A stretch of DNA of 64,000 nucleotides from positions 470,729-534,728 of the forward strand of contig NW_015162483.1 of the NCBI RefSeq assembly GCF_001447785.1, in the 5' to 3' direction. Positions 27,870-41,029 of this stretch are shown here, piece by piece. Positions within the stretch are counted from its first letter, which is position 1, and every line of letters starts with the position of its first letter. A program made the position numbers and the translations under genes. The notes beneath the pieces are model-generated. The model did not search any database and had not been told where the DNA came from. It was given only the letters and a program-made list of their open reading frames with translations. Source of the DNA: Gekko japonicus. Lineage: Eukaryota.

Positions 27870-28005
27870 GCCTGGCTATCAAGATCTCAGGCGGAGAAGG
27901 TCTTTTCCCTCCCTGCAGCCAGGTCCATTAAACCAGATATCCGGGGATTGAACCAAGGACCTTTTGTATACCAAGCAAAGGCTCATCCACTGATCCATGG
28001 CCCCT
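27870..28005 (-). mobile_element. Degenerate tRNA-derived SINE fragment inside the Ngaro element
   Basis: CCGGGGATTGAACC...CCACTGATCCATGGCCCC is the reverse complement of a tRNA-like head with B and A boxes. Confidence 0.5.
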
Positions 28006-29022
28006 TCCGAGATATCAAAAGTGGAAGCCATGGGCTCGCCTCACCACCCTTGTAGTCCACACTGGTCTCCCTTCCAATCCAACCAGGGTAACCCTCCGTT
28101 TGTGATTTTAAATGGATCAGGCTGGCCCGGCAATCCAGGCAGAGCAACTGCGCATCTTTTTTTTTTTTTTTTAATAAAAGCATCATTGATGTGCTCCGTA
28201 GCCAGCCCCCCCGCACTGACAATGTGCGCGAGCTGAGGCCAAAAATTGCGAGCTAGCTGGCCCAACTAAGCTTAGCAGGAAGCAAGCCAAAATGGCTGAC
28301 CTAAACCATTAAATAAAATGGCTGCCAAACAGATCAAAATGGCTGACCCCTGCTGAATCTGGGACTAATTATTTAGTTAAGTAAACTGTTTCCTTGCTCA
28401 AAAGCCAGTCGGATCCGACCGAAGAAGCATGGTCGTCCTCCACTCCAAGCCTAAGAGCCAACGCTGTCCTAAGACCATTTATAGCTGCCCAAATTTAAAT
28501 GAATACCAAAATTCTATTCAAAGCAATAGGCGCCCTACCATCCAACACAACCGAGGGTCGTCAGGAATACCCCCAAAAGCTGTGTCTCCATCCGTTGCTC
28601 GCCTTATATCCCACAGAGGCCACAGACATAACACAGTTATGGTGGCTAAGCACCCCAAAGGGCAGCCATCCTCATTACGGCTGACTCCCCCGACAGCAAC
28701 CCCCGCGGGCTACTAGAATACCCTGCAATGGGCTGCTCCCAGGAATTGGGTGGAGGGCAAAGATTCCGGGGGCAGGGGAAAAACACACACACAGAAGTGA
28801 CCCATGCTGAGCTCTAGTGGACAACTGAAGAACCAACCCCCTGGGTGCCACCGTTTCCCCGGGACTCTCCATATATTGCCCCACGGACTGGCCCACGCAT
28901 GCTGCGTCCTGGCCTGGATGCATGCCCCAATCCCCAGATGGTCACCCTGGCACCAAAGGGTATGGAGCAGGCAGCCACCCCACTCGCTCAGGCCCCGCAT
29001 TTTCAGTCCCAAACGTTCAACA

Positions 29023-29400
29023 GCCGCCCGCAGCCCATTTCCTATAAAGGCCACTGTAGCCAGCGTCGCCAGCAATCTCCCCTTTGCTGCTCCGTCTGGC
29101 CCGCCGCTGTGATTGCCAAGCCGCTCCTAAGCGGCTGTAACCTCGCCTTTCCGCCGAGCGCTCCCCGGCCGCCCGCAGCCCTATTTTCCCTAGAGGCCAC
29201 CTCGCCAGCGATCCTCTCCGCTGCTCTGTCAGGCCGCCGCCGCCGTGATCACCAAGCCGCTCCCAAGCGGCTTTAAACCTCTCCTCCCCATTGAGCACTC
29301 ATCGGCCGTCCGCAGCCTATTTTCATAGAGGCCACCTTGCCAGCGATCTCCCTCTGCTGCTCCGTCGGGCTGCTCCGCCTCTCCACCGAGCTCCACCATG
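29023..29400. repeat. About three diverged tandem units of 140-145 bp in the Ngaro 5' region
   Basis: Recurring GCCGYCCGCAGCC...AGGCCAC...GCCAGCRATCTC...CCAAGCCGCTCCYAAGCGGCT. Confidence 0.7.
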
Positions 29401-30932
29401 TGCTCCCCGGCCTCAGAAGGCCCGAAAAAGGGAGCCATGTACCGGAGCTCAGCCTTTCCCGACGATTGACCGGGACTGCTGGGGAGAAGACGCAGGGCCG
29501 TCCTGTACCTCCTCGGCCCTGCCCCCACCGGATGCCCTTATATGGCGCTTTTGGCGCCAAACACCAGCCTGCCTCATCCTGCAGGGAGGCAAAGGCGATC
29601 CTCCAGCCCAACGGCTTGGTGCCGTGGGCTGTTAAATCGAATTATGGAGGGACATATATATTTTGGTGGTATTGGTTATTAGCCTTTGTATACAACATAA
29701 ATGTGTTCTTGAAGTTCCGGGGGTAGGGGATAACAGGAAAGAGTATGTATGGTGTAGAAACAGTTGCAGCGTGGTGAGAACTTTTGACTCCTGGGGCAGC
29801 TCCTGAGAGTCACCTGGATTGCCAGGTCTTTAGTGGAGCTTGAGGGCTCTCAAGCTCCCTTGGGCTTCCCGAAGAGAAACCCAAGGCAGGGGGCTTGATT
29901 CAGACATCCCGCAAGTGGCGGCGAGTGGGTGGTTAGTCCTGGATCGCCCTGAAGCGGGACCGAGGCAAGTACATCCATGGCAGCCATGGCTGCATAGCTG
30001 TAGCTGCCAGGAGAGGGGGAACTATTTTTTACTTCTACGAAGAACTTTAGACTTGAAATACCATGAGTACTTATAAACTGCAATAAAACCAATGAATCTT
30101 CAACTTAACTTAACTTTAAGCCCTTTAAATTTTAAACACCAATATCAGAAAGAGTATGTATGTCTTGAGTTGGTATCCATATATTTTACTCAGGGTGAAG
30201 TAAAATAGATGGAATTTCAGCTCCCAACCCCAGTGGTTTGGGAGCTGCTTTAGCCTCACCTCCTTTTTCAACTAAGGATGATGCCAAGCTTTCTTGCGGG
30301 GGGGGGGTATGCTGGGAGGCTTGCTCCCTGTTGGTCAAGTGTGAGAAGCAAGCGACCTTTATAAGCTTGCTCCTTCTTTTTAATGGCACTTGCCATTCAG
30401 AGTTGCCCACTGGCCCATCCTGGTATTTTGCAAGGTGGGAATAGCTGATCAAACAAGAATTTCATTTTTACTCTTTCAGATTGGCTGAGGAAGGGTTCCT
30501 TTCCCCCTGGTTTATTTTGCCACTTTATCAAGAAAGGTGTTCTCATTAAGCCTGGTTAGGCCCTACTGGGATATGAATGGAACAGTGTGGGCTTTTGCTT
30601 AATCTATGGGACTATGGTGAACACTCTGAGGCATTTGATGATGGGAGGGGAAGGCTTCCCAAACCAGCCTCTCATGGATAATCAGTCAAGGGGATTGGCA
30701 ATGGGGTCCCCTCAGGGCTGGAGCTCCACCAGTTGAACACTAGTGTTTGCTAGCATAGGAGGAGGGTGATCAAGGAACACCCTCTCTCAGCGCACCTTGA
30801 CATGTAGGCCAGGAAAAGCAATGGGAAAATTAAGGCTGCCTTGCACTTGGAGGCAGGGTGGATTTACCCATCATTATTAGTGGCATACCTCTGGCAGTCC
30901 ATTAGGTAGGAGCCCAAACTGAGCATTAGATA

Positions 30933-31652
30933 CTAACAAGAGGGGGACCCGCGATACTCGCGGGGGGGGAGAAGAGCTCCGTCTCCTCCATCCCCCCCGC
31001 TCAATCTCCCCGAGGCGGCGGCAGCAGCGGCGAGGCCAGTCCTCCCCCCCGCCCGACTCTGAGGCGGCGGCAGCGGAGAGGCCAGTCCTTCCCCCCCTTT
31101 GCCGGGCTCGGCGGCGGCGGCGAGGCCGGTCGTCCNNNNNNNNNNNNNNNNNNNNNNNNNNNNNNNNNNNNNNNNNNNNNNNNNNNNNNNNNNNNNNNNN
31201 NNNNNNNNNNNNNNNNNNNNNNNNNNNNNNNNNNNNNNNNNNNNNNNNNNNNNNNNNNNNNNNNNNNNNCTCCCCCCCACCCGCCCACCTGCCCGCCCGG
31301 CTCCAAGGCAGCGGCAGTGGCGGAGAGGCCAGTCCTTCCCCCCCTTTGCCGGGCTCGGCGGTGGCGGCGGGGGCGAGGCTGGTCCCCCCGGCCACCCGCC
31401 CAGCTCCGAGGAGGCGGCAGCAGCGGCGAGGCCAGCTACAGAGCATTCCCTGTGCATGCGCAGGGGATGCTCTGTCACTTTCGGTGGGATTTAAACATCC
31501 CCCCCTCGAAATTTTTTCAACTTTTTCGATTTTTGTGCACACGTGGGGACCGCCCCACGTGTGCACAAACCTCCCCCTCCCCCCCAAGTGCCCCCGGAGC
31601 GCAGATTTAGCGATCCGCACTCACTGGAGCAACTTGGCTACTAGTATATAGA
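30933..31652 (-). mobile_element. Non-autonomous Helitron with GC-rich minisatellite
   Basis: On minus strand: 5' A|TC at 31653/31652; 3' hairpin CCCGCGA-nnn-TCGCGGG (30948-30964) 15 nt from the end; terminal TTAG|T (variant of CTAG); no TSD. Confidence 0.75.
31136..31269. other. Assembly gap within the Helitron minisatellite
   Basis: Run of N. Confidence 1.
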
Positions 31653-34600
31653 TAAGGCTCAGATCAGTTTAATAAATAAATCCCAGGTAAACCCAACTTT
31701 TTAATTTGTTTTTATTTTATTTATTTTAGGGATGGTGGGGCAGAAGAATTACAAAAGGGGAAAATTATGTCCCCTGGCATTCCTTGTCCATTGCCACTAC
31801 TACTACAATTCCTAAGACTGCTTACGGACAAAAGAAATTCTGCAACTTTTTGCAACATCCATTTTGGACCTCAATAAGGATAATGTGGACAGAATTCTAA
31901 CATAGGAGCTGGCCCTTAAATCTGCAGACCAATCTTATTTATATTTACTTAAACTTGCAGTAATTTTGATGGGATTTATTCCCAGGTAAATCTGTATTTG
32001 ATTTCAGACTTCAAACATATATGAACTTGTCTGTGAAACAGATATACAGTCCATAATGCTAGTAGCAATCAATTTGATAGTGTAATAAAAGAGAAATGAT
32101 ACAATGAATATTGTCATGGCTGCTGGTTGACCATTCCTTTAAGTCAGAATAGTTGTCTGGTGTTTTATCAATGACAATTAAAAGTTACAATATTGTTTCT
32201 AGATTAAAGATCTCTGTATTTGAATTCGTTACTCATCAGAGCCTGGAGAAGATAACATCCCTTCAGCAGGCGGATGGAGGGGGGAGGCGTGTATGTATGT
32301 ATATACATGTATGTATGAAGGTATGAAAGGTTCAGGCTAGAAAGAACAGAAAGAAAGACATGAGAGAGAACTGCCTGAAACACCTTGGTGGTGCAAAGTT
32401 TCTTTCTCTCTGATCATTAGAAATAATTGCATAGCTGGAAGATGTTGCTCTCAATTGAAGCTATCTCATAGAGTCATTGTGAAATGTACTGCAGGAAGAC
32501 AGAGCCATGAACACTACCCTGAGTTCTTAGATGTACTAGATAGATTTATGGGGATCCATTCCGGGTAGCAGATCTCTTGTCTTGTAGGAGTGCTTCTTTG
32601 CCTATGGTCTACGTGTATTTTCATTAATAAAGCCAAAATATACAAAGGCATCAAAGGTCTCCATGCTCTGATTCAAAAAAAGAACAAAACTAGATAAAAG
32701 AACCCATGGAATTTCTTCTTACTTGGAAAAGTGGGGATTGCATAACAACATTATTAAGTGTTTTGAATCTTCAAGTCCATGCTTGCTTATACTTAGTTTT
32801 GTACATGCTGTTTAGGCATTATATAACATCGTGCCAAGATGGCCATTGCTTGGTTAATTCAGTTCAAATCATTTCCACATTTAAAACATGTCTTTTTATA
32901 TCTTTGCCATATTTCATTTTCTTAGAATTATGTTGCCCTGTAACAACGTCTTGAGCAGAAAGAGGCTTTTTTTTTTGAGTTGCTGGATTGTCTAATGTTT
33001 TCAGCACCATATTATACTTGATATTTAATTTAAGGTTCTGCGTGTCCTGTTGCACAATGCTGCCACAGCTAGTGCAGAAACAGCAGGAAATTTCATACAC
33101 TGGGAAATATTTCCTTATTTATACCCGAAATCTGTAAAAAAACAATCCCCCCAGCAACTAACCCTAACCCTAACCCCAGCAACTATCACCTTTAATTGTG
33201 AGTTAGCTTTAGGCAAAAAAAAAAAAAAGTTCAACAAGGATGCTTCTTTGTTTACTTTTGTTTGGTTTTCAAAAAGGAGTTTCACTTTGCAAGCTTAATG
33301 AAGGATTAATTAGAATAGGTAACTGATTTTTTAAAGATGTTGGAGTTTCTACACTAACACGCAGTGGCAAGCCAGCCAAGAAAATATGCTGGTAATTTAA
33401 AAAACAAACAAACAAAAAAGTGGATATATTAGCAGCAAACCTGTAATTTTAATAGGCAACCCCAAGTATGTCCAGCTAAAGTACTTCCATTGTTCATGTA
33501 GAAAAGGCACTCTATGAAACTATTGATTTTGGTCAAGTGCTTGAGTGGTTGGTTGGGCAAGAAAGATTAGACAGTGTTTTCAGCACACAAAAAAACCTGT
33601 TGTGTTTTATAATGTCTCCACAAGCCTTAGTTCCATTGAAATCAATGGTCAATTGGAATGGCAATAAAGGTTAGTCTATTTGTGACAGAGTACTAACATT
33701 TAAGGTTATTTTAAAAGCAAGTTATGTTTGTATAAATACTTATTATCAATTTCTATAGCACAGCTCAGAGGGTTGGGTTTTTTTTACTATATTTATTAAT
33801 TTAGGTATTGTAATATGAGGTTGATTAAGTTAAGGGTGTATTTAAACACTCACCACACCGAAGTCCACAGCTTTATAGATGTGTTTAGTTCCCCCACTAT
33901 TTATGGATATATGACAGAAGTGGATGTTTCCAGAGACATTATCTAAAATTACAGTGTGACCTTTAGCTGAACTTTTATTGATGCTGTGGGATGCATGCGC
34001 AGTAAGGGACAACATAACTAGGAGGAAAGATAGGCTTAGGAATGGGAAACTGAAATCTGAATGAAGTCTGACAGGCGACATGCTCAGACTGCTACTGATT
34101 TTATAGCACACTGTGCATGTGAATATAGTTGCCCCAGCACCTCCAGTTAAGGACATGAGACCACAGCATGTGTTTAACTAGTTTTATGATCTACATAATT
34201 TTTTAAAGTTACCATATTTACACTGCCTTGTGGTCTGCGTGTATTCCTGGCTTCTGTTTTGGTTCTTTTGGGCTTGTGTTGGTTCTTGGCATGGGATGTA
34301 TTGGCCGGTGTCAGTCAGTCAGGCAGGCATTTATTATGGCAACAAGCCATAGAGCACAAATGCTTAAATATAACATTCATAACATTCATACAACTGAATT
34401 TAGGACAGTAAAATAAAACTCTATAAAAATACAGTTGAGCATAATAAAGTAAAAGAAGAACATAAAACAGAGACTATTAGGCAACTATTATTATATATTT
34501 GATAGTGTATTTCAGATGCAGTAGCATGCTACCCAAAATTTTGCCACAGTTTCGGTAATTGTCCAGTTCCCATCAATTAACAATTGGTTACACTGCTCAG

Positions 34601-34869
34601 CACCTGATTGTCCCACCGTATCTGTTATAAGAGGAGTAAAATATTTGTCACGGATCTTGTTATACCAGTTACATCTGAGCATCATCTGCTCAATAGTTCC
34701 TATCTCTCCTGAGCTGCATCGACAAAGTCTATATTCAGTAGGGATCCTTTTGAATCTGCCCTAAAGCATCATGGAGGGGAAAGCCTCACATCTGGCTAAT
34801 GTGAAGGTTCTCCTAAACTTGTATCAAGCTGTGATAAATAGGACATGGGTTGCAAGTGATATTTGATAA

Positions 34870-35186
34870 TGTTATGTCTTCACTGTATTAAATGTCATGT
34901 TACGCTTGAGACCTTAGCCAGGATTCTAAGCTGGAACAATCCTATTGGCTAATGTATAATTGTAACCAATCAGAAGTCAGAGAACTGTGCTGGAGGGAAT
35001 GAATCTGATTCATTGTTAGCTTTACAATGCTATTGGTCCTTAACTATTCTAGGGCGTGGTTATATCAGTTCAGGATAGTTTAAAAGGGAGCTATGCTCCA
35101 CTGTTTGTTGTTGTGTGTTCTTGACTGTTCCAGTTCAATAAAGCTGAATCACTTTACTTACAACGTCATTGAGTCAATACTTGACA
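34870..35186 (+). mobile_element. Solo LTR inserted in the RTE-X-like LINE
   Basis: TG...CA ends (left end 34870 or 34893); CCAAT/ATTGG boxes, TTTAAAA TATA-like motif, AATAAA at about 35137; TSD degenerate. Confidence 0.65.
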
Positions 35187-35446
35187 GAAAGAATCTGGGG
35201 TTCTAAACTTAGGACATCTACCGAGATCTGTCTATCTTTCCATGTCCATCATTCTCTGTTTTAGGGCTGATTTTGCTACATCCCAATGCATACTCAAAAT
35301 TGCTTGGGGGGGGGGACCAAAAGCATATAATTTATTATGAACTGCTCTCAGCCATTTGGATTGAAAGTTGTCTGAGAGTAAGAAGTGGGTTAGTCCCTGA
35401 GGATAGAAATTTAGTTTAAGCCTATACTGGAGTGAAGCTAAAGTAA

Positions 35447-35670
35447 GGCTGTGGTCACACGGAACAGAAGCCACACAAGTGAGACGGAAAACAGACGCAT
35501 CTGGGAAGCGTAGCACTCCCGTGGCACAACCGAGGCTTCCAGCCGAAACTGCGTGGCAAAAAACTAGTACCTCGGAGGTACTAGTTTCCGGAAACTGCGG
35601 GGCAAGGGCGGGCATCTGATCGCGTTTCCGGTGGCATCTGGCGCCCGCCCATGTCCCCTTGCAAATAAGG
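35447..35670. mobile_element. Left half of a Harbinger-type MITE
   Basis: GGCTGTGGTCACACG preceded by TAA; homologous to 8191-8445; right part missing. Confidence 0.8.
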
Positions 35671-36455
35671 TGGGGCTTCTAAGGCCAACTGGTGTTCTAA
35701 CTAAGATGACAGCATCGTCGGCATGCAGTAAGATAGACACATGCTGTTGTTGAAGTTTTGGTGAATGTAAACTGGGGGAGTCCAAGTAACTTGCTATATA
35801 ATTAATATATAGATTAAACAGGGAAGAGGCTAGTATGCAACCCTGCCTAACTCCCCTATAGGTGTTAATAGGGTCCGATAAATTTCCTTTCCTGTTAAGC
35901 CTAACCTGCAAATGGGTGTTATCATGAAGAGCCCACAATAAAAATAGGAGGCTTCTATCAATTGAGGAAGCTTCTAAGCTGGGCCATAATTTCGGCCTCG
36001 ATATTGAATCAAAAGCCACTTTCAAGTCAATGAAAGCAGCAAAAAGCAAATGAGGACCTTTAGCAGCGTATTTTTCTATAAGGTGTTGAATTGTAAGGCA
36101 GTGGTATAAAGTGGATCTAAACTCTCTAAAAACAGCTTGCTCTGTTACAATCACATTTTCTTGGATCAGCCAATCCTCAAACTTTACCAGAAGGTGTTTA
36201 GCATATAACTTGCTACATATATTTAAAGGGCTAATAGGCCAATAATTTGTGGGCTCTTCTCTTGCACCCTTTTTGAATATGGGGACCACTATTGCCATAT
36301 TCCACTCTGAGGTAAGGCCTGAAGAGTCTATAAAAGTGAAAAGGGCTGCAAGGAAGGGTGTCCACCAATCAATATTTTCTTTAAAAAAATCAGTTGGCAG
36401 TCCGTCAGACCCTAAAACCTTAGCAGATTTTAATTCAACAATATAGGATTTAATT

Positions 36456-37533
36456 TCCTCTTGAGAAACTGTGGCCAGGAAGGCAAGTCCTCAAAATCAG
36501 CAGTTGTCACTGGGGTTAAGGGAGAGTCTTTATACAATTGCTCAAAAGAAGTAACCCATTTGCAAGGCTGTATTGGGGGATCAGTCTGGGAGGGGAAAAT
36601 TTTTTTTAATCAGTGACCAACTGCCAAAAGAGGGAGGAATTTTTCTGTTTGGCAGCCAGAATTAATTCTGCCCAAAGTGTTTTTTCTTTTCTTTTGTTGG
36701 ATTAGGTGTTTGTAATTCCTTTTTTGTGACCAGAGTTCTTGTTGGATTAGAAATCTTTGGTCACCACTTGATTTTTTAAACTGATAGTAAATGGTAGAAA
36801 GCTCTTTTCTTGCTTTTTGCCAATCCACATCAAAGCAGGGTTTAGATTTCTTGTAAGATGTGGTGGAATGGCCTTTAGGTTCACACTGGCCCCGGTCACA
36901 CGGAGCACTAGCCACGCTAGAGAGACGGAAGATAGCCGGATTTTCCGGGCACGATCTCACCGCCACATCTGGGAAGCGTAGAGCTCCCGTGGCTCCTCTT
37001 GAGAAACTGTGGCCAGGAAGGCAAGTCCTCAAAATCAGCAGTTGTCACTGGGGTTAAGGGAGAGTCTTTATACAATTGCTCAAAAGAAGTAACCCATTTG
37101 CAAGGCTGTATTGGGGGATCAGTCTGGGAGGGGAAAATTTTTTTTAATCAGTGACCAACTGCCAAAAGAGGGAGGAATTTTTCTGTTTGGCAGCCAGAAT
37201 TAATTCTGCCCAAAGTGTTTTTTCTTTTCTTTTGTTGGATTAGGTGTTTGTAATTCCTTTTTTGTGACCAGAGTTCTTGTTGGATTAGAAATCTTTGGTC
37301 ACCACTTGATTTTTTAAACTGATAGTAAATGGTAGAAAGCTCTTTTCTTGCTTTTTGCCAATCCACATCAAAGCAGGGTTTAGATTTCTTGTAAGATGTG
37401 GTGGAATGGCCTTTAGGTTCACACTGGCCCCGGTCACACGGAGCACTAGCCACGCTAGAGAGACGGAAGATAGCCGGATTTTCCGGGCACGATCTCACCG
37501 CCACATCTGGGAAGCGTAGAGCTCCCGTGGCTC
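36456..37533. repeat. 538-bp head-to-tail tandem duplication
   Basis: 36456-36995 appears identical to 36994-37533 by eye; 2-bp TC junction overlap; includes the first 108 bp of the MITE. Confidence 0.95.
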
Positions 37534-37903
37534 AACCGAGGCTTCCCTCCGAAGATGTGCGGCAAAAAACCGCGGGGCAAGGGCGGGCGTCTCATCGCAT
37601 TTCCGGTGGCATCCGGTGCCCGCCCATGCCCCATTGCGAAAAGGCTTTCCCCCCCCGAAGTCTCCAGGGATGCACACAAGCACCCAATAGGGCATGCACA
37701 TACTTCTGGTTAAAAAAAACAACCCCGTTTGCCGTGCCGCGTCGCTTCTTTGGCACGTCGTGTGATCGGCACCTCCCCCTAACCACGGGACCTCGACAGG
37801 ACCGCGAGGGGATGCCTGATTGTGCAGTCATGCGTTATTTCGCTGCGGGGCAAACAGCCATGCCTCCCCCCGCCCACGATATCCAGCTCATGTGACCGGG
37901 GCC
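37426..37903. mobile_element. Harbinger-type MITE, full length
   Basis: TIR GGCCCCGGTCACA/TGTGACCGGGGCC; same family as 8191-8721; flanks ACT and ATA do not match. Confidence 0.85.
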
Positions 37904-40900
37904 ATAGAATAATTTTTAAATCCTGGACAAATCTATTATAACATGTAAGAGGGTCACTCTGTATGTTAAATTCCTGGTAGGTAATTTTGGAAATTTGGGA
38001 ACCTTTAGCCTCTATTACTTTAGTTTTGCTTGCATCTGGGGAGACCATCTCACCCTATGACCTAATACCTGGGAACCTTCATGTAAAGGCTGAAGGGAAG
38101 CGGCTTGAAATAAAGAAGGAAACTTAAATTGGAGAAAGAGGGGGAAGTGGTCACTATAAAAAAATGGGAGCACCTTAAAGTTAGTTATTAGAGGTAATAG
38201 AGAAGCGCATGCTAACATATAATCAATAGTGCTAAGTTTCTGACCCGACATATAGGTAAACTCAGCCGGATAATCTTCCAAGAAAGTACCATTTAAAATG
38301 TACAGACCCAGCTTGTAGGCCATTTTGGCTAGATATAAACCTGAAACTTTTGAAGTGGAATTCTTAAAACACCTAGGAAGAGGAGAAAATTCATGAGTCA
38401 TACGAGTCACTGAAAAATTCCTTATATTTAAATTCCATACTTGGATCATCTTTGCCAAGGTGAGCATTAAAATCTCCAAGAAGTAAAACATTGGCTTCTG
38501 GATGCTCCGCAATTAGATTTACTATATAACTCTCTAGGGAGCTCCAAGCTTCATCTAATTGGACTTTTAGTGAAAGGGGAGGAATATAGACAATTATTAA
38601 AATCAGACTATTTGTTTTACTATGCAGAACTACTGTCATAGCTCTTGAGTCAAGGGGAGGTTTCTCTATACATTTAAACTCCAAAGAGGCTGAGATTAAT
38701 ATTGCCAGACCACCTTTCAACCTTCCCGGGCATATTGGCCAGTGTTTGCTGCAGCCTTGCCTCTTTGTTTTTGCCCTGGCGGGAAAAAAGCTGTCCCCCC
38801 CCATTGAAAACAATGGAAGAAGGATGGGGTCATCCTCCTTGGGAACCCATAAAATTGCACCCCCAGATCTAATCTTCTTCAAAAGACAGGCACCAGCAGC
38901 TCTGCTGTAAATCTGGTGCCTGTAGCTTGAAAATCAGCTCCTCCTCCAACTTTCCCATAGGTTATAATGGACCCGAAAAAAACTGGATTCAACCCCCCCC
39001 CCAAAAAAAAACCCCAAATCCAAATATCATACTGGTATTGGAATTTTGGGATGCTAGAATAAATGAAAATTTTCAGGTTCAATATACCTGAATCTGAAAA
39101 ATACCAATTTTTGTTTGGTGCACACTCCTAGGGGGTACCTTATTCAGGGGCCTTTAGAATTGGACCCCTTTGTCTAATTACCTTGAAACTCCCTCTGTAG
39201 ATGTATCCAGTTTGTAAGTATATGTTTACACAAACAAATATTTCTTCTAATTTCCAACACATGCCATCCCCCATAGCTAATAATAGTGTAACTGCTGTTC
39301 TACTTCCTTCCCTGGGTCCAGTTTGGGTAACAATTCTCAGTAACTTTTAGAGTTCTGAATTTTCTGGTCTTTTTTCTGTAGTAAAGCTGATGAATTAAGA
39401 ACCTTCAGTTTTTTATTCTGTATATTCAAATTTTGTACAAAGTGCTATACATTTGCAGATTGCTATAGCTTTTTGCTCCTTTAGTTAATTTGCATTTTCT
39501 TCCTGTTTATATTGACAACATGCATGTGTACATTGATAAAACATAGAAACAAAATCAGTCTTCATTTGATCATTCTGTTTTATCAAGATTCTTTTTACAT
39601 TGTGTTTAATATGTGCGCGCATCAACGAAACTCCATGCAAAAAGATGAAACAGTTACACCTACAATAATATTAAGGTTTTTCCAATGTTTTATCTATATC
39701 TTTATGCACATTGATATATACATTGCACAAACACAGAGAGGGATATAATTTGAAGGAACTATGCATGTATTTTTAAAAAGTCTCCTACTTAAAACAGAAT
39801 TAAGGAGGTGCAGAACACAAACCAGGCAGAATGTCTAGTGCAATAAAGGGACTGATCTGAGGAAATCTGTTTGTCTCTGCTCACAAGTGCATCACAATAA
39901 TTAGCCTGATATTTGAACACATGACTTCATGGCAAATCCATGCCCTAATATCACTGAATTCACAAGAACTGTTATACTCAGAGTTGCTCATACTTCATTT
40001 GTCTGATTAATTGCAACTATCACTAATTTCCAGGTCAAAAGAGAGCCCCTTTTTAAATCTAAAATTTTAATTGCTAAGGGAGAAACCCAGTAATTTTCCT
40101 TTCTAATGTATGCCAAAACAATGAAGAGACTGCACATACCACTGTGAAGACAAATTCTTGCCTTCTATCAGCATAACATGACTTTATGAGTAATGAGGGA
40201 TAGCTGTCTCATGTACACAGAATGTCTTTTCACCATCCATGATGACTTTATTCTAGGCAATGTATTAACTATAACCTCTATAACACCAAGCTTCCAGATG
40301 TTTCTATGGCTATGGATTCTTTTTAAGAAAAGGAAACATTTTATGGTAGATATCTTAGCAAAACATTTATTTCAAAGTGATGTACTGAATTCAACATTCA
40401 AAACACTGAAAATTGAAAAGAAACAGGACAGGCAGGCAACCCCAGCGAGGTGGAAGGCACAGGGAAAGCCTGCTCATATGGATGCAAATGGAGGAAAACC
40501 ATTATAATTGACTTGCAGTGAGCCTACTCGATGAGTTTGATTGTATATTGATAACATTTAGCCTCTATGACTCTATGAAAAAACTCTGGTTGTACAGCTC
40601 AGGTGCACACTTTCTCTTCAGCTAGCATTTTCATTTGCACATGAGCTAATAGAAGACCACTGATTTTATGCAAACTGAAGTGTTAGCAGAAGCGGAAGTG
40701 CACTCCACCACAGAGACTACCTAGTACATTTGGAATCTTTTCATAAGGTCCAAACCTAAGTCTACATCCATGGGATTTTTTGTTTGAGATCATGCTTGAA
40801 GGTTGTGAGGGCTATGTGAGTCTTGCAACATCTTTTGGCGGGGGGGGGGAGTTGATGTGATTAATTTTTCAATAATTGGTACTCCAAAAGTTCTCTTTAC

Positions 40901-41029
40901 AGTTTTTTATTCTTCTCCAATGCTATCTCATCACATTGTTTTCCTCCTTTGATCTTCATTATTTCTCCATCTTTCTCCATTTCTATAGTCCAATGAAGGT
41001 TACTGATTTCTTTGTTCCTGAAATAACGT

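Larger units (their letters stand above)
23737..29643 (-). mobile_element. Decayed Ngaro-type (DIRS order) tyrosine-recombinase retrotransposon, A-[gag/RT/YR/SGNH]-B
   Basis: Both termini are homologous to 46508-47274. Degenerate RT: LPLGC about 30 codons before MDDF (about 26640 to 26540). SGNH-hydrolase-like LCGHS (about 24690) and DG..H...GMRMFLDN (about 24290-24240). Cys/His gag-like remnant near 27450. All frames are broken. Confidence 0.7.
34311..38880 (-). mobile_element. RTE-X-like LINE ORF2 (APE endonuclease and RT) with 3' end, decayed and interrupted
   Basis: APE: LLGDFNA, TIDY, SDHFPL. RT: VPIFKKG, FIDLKVAFD, GVRQGCIL, LLHADD. C-terminal KFRRTFTLARC. AATAAA plus tetranucleotide tail near 34315-34335. 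Confidence 0.85.

Noticed and set aside
28400-29730. Many overlapping GC-rich ORFs
   Set aside because: Expected from high GC and tandem repeats in the Ngaro 5' region; no domain evidence.
32240-32700. Possible LTR remnant with AATAAA
   Set aside because: No TG...CA ends or TSD could be defined.
33159-33177. (TAACCC)3 interstitial telomeric repeat
   Set aside because: Only three units with no insertion signature; too short to interpret.
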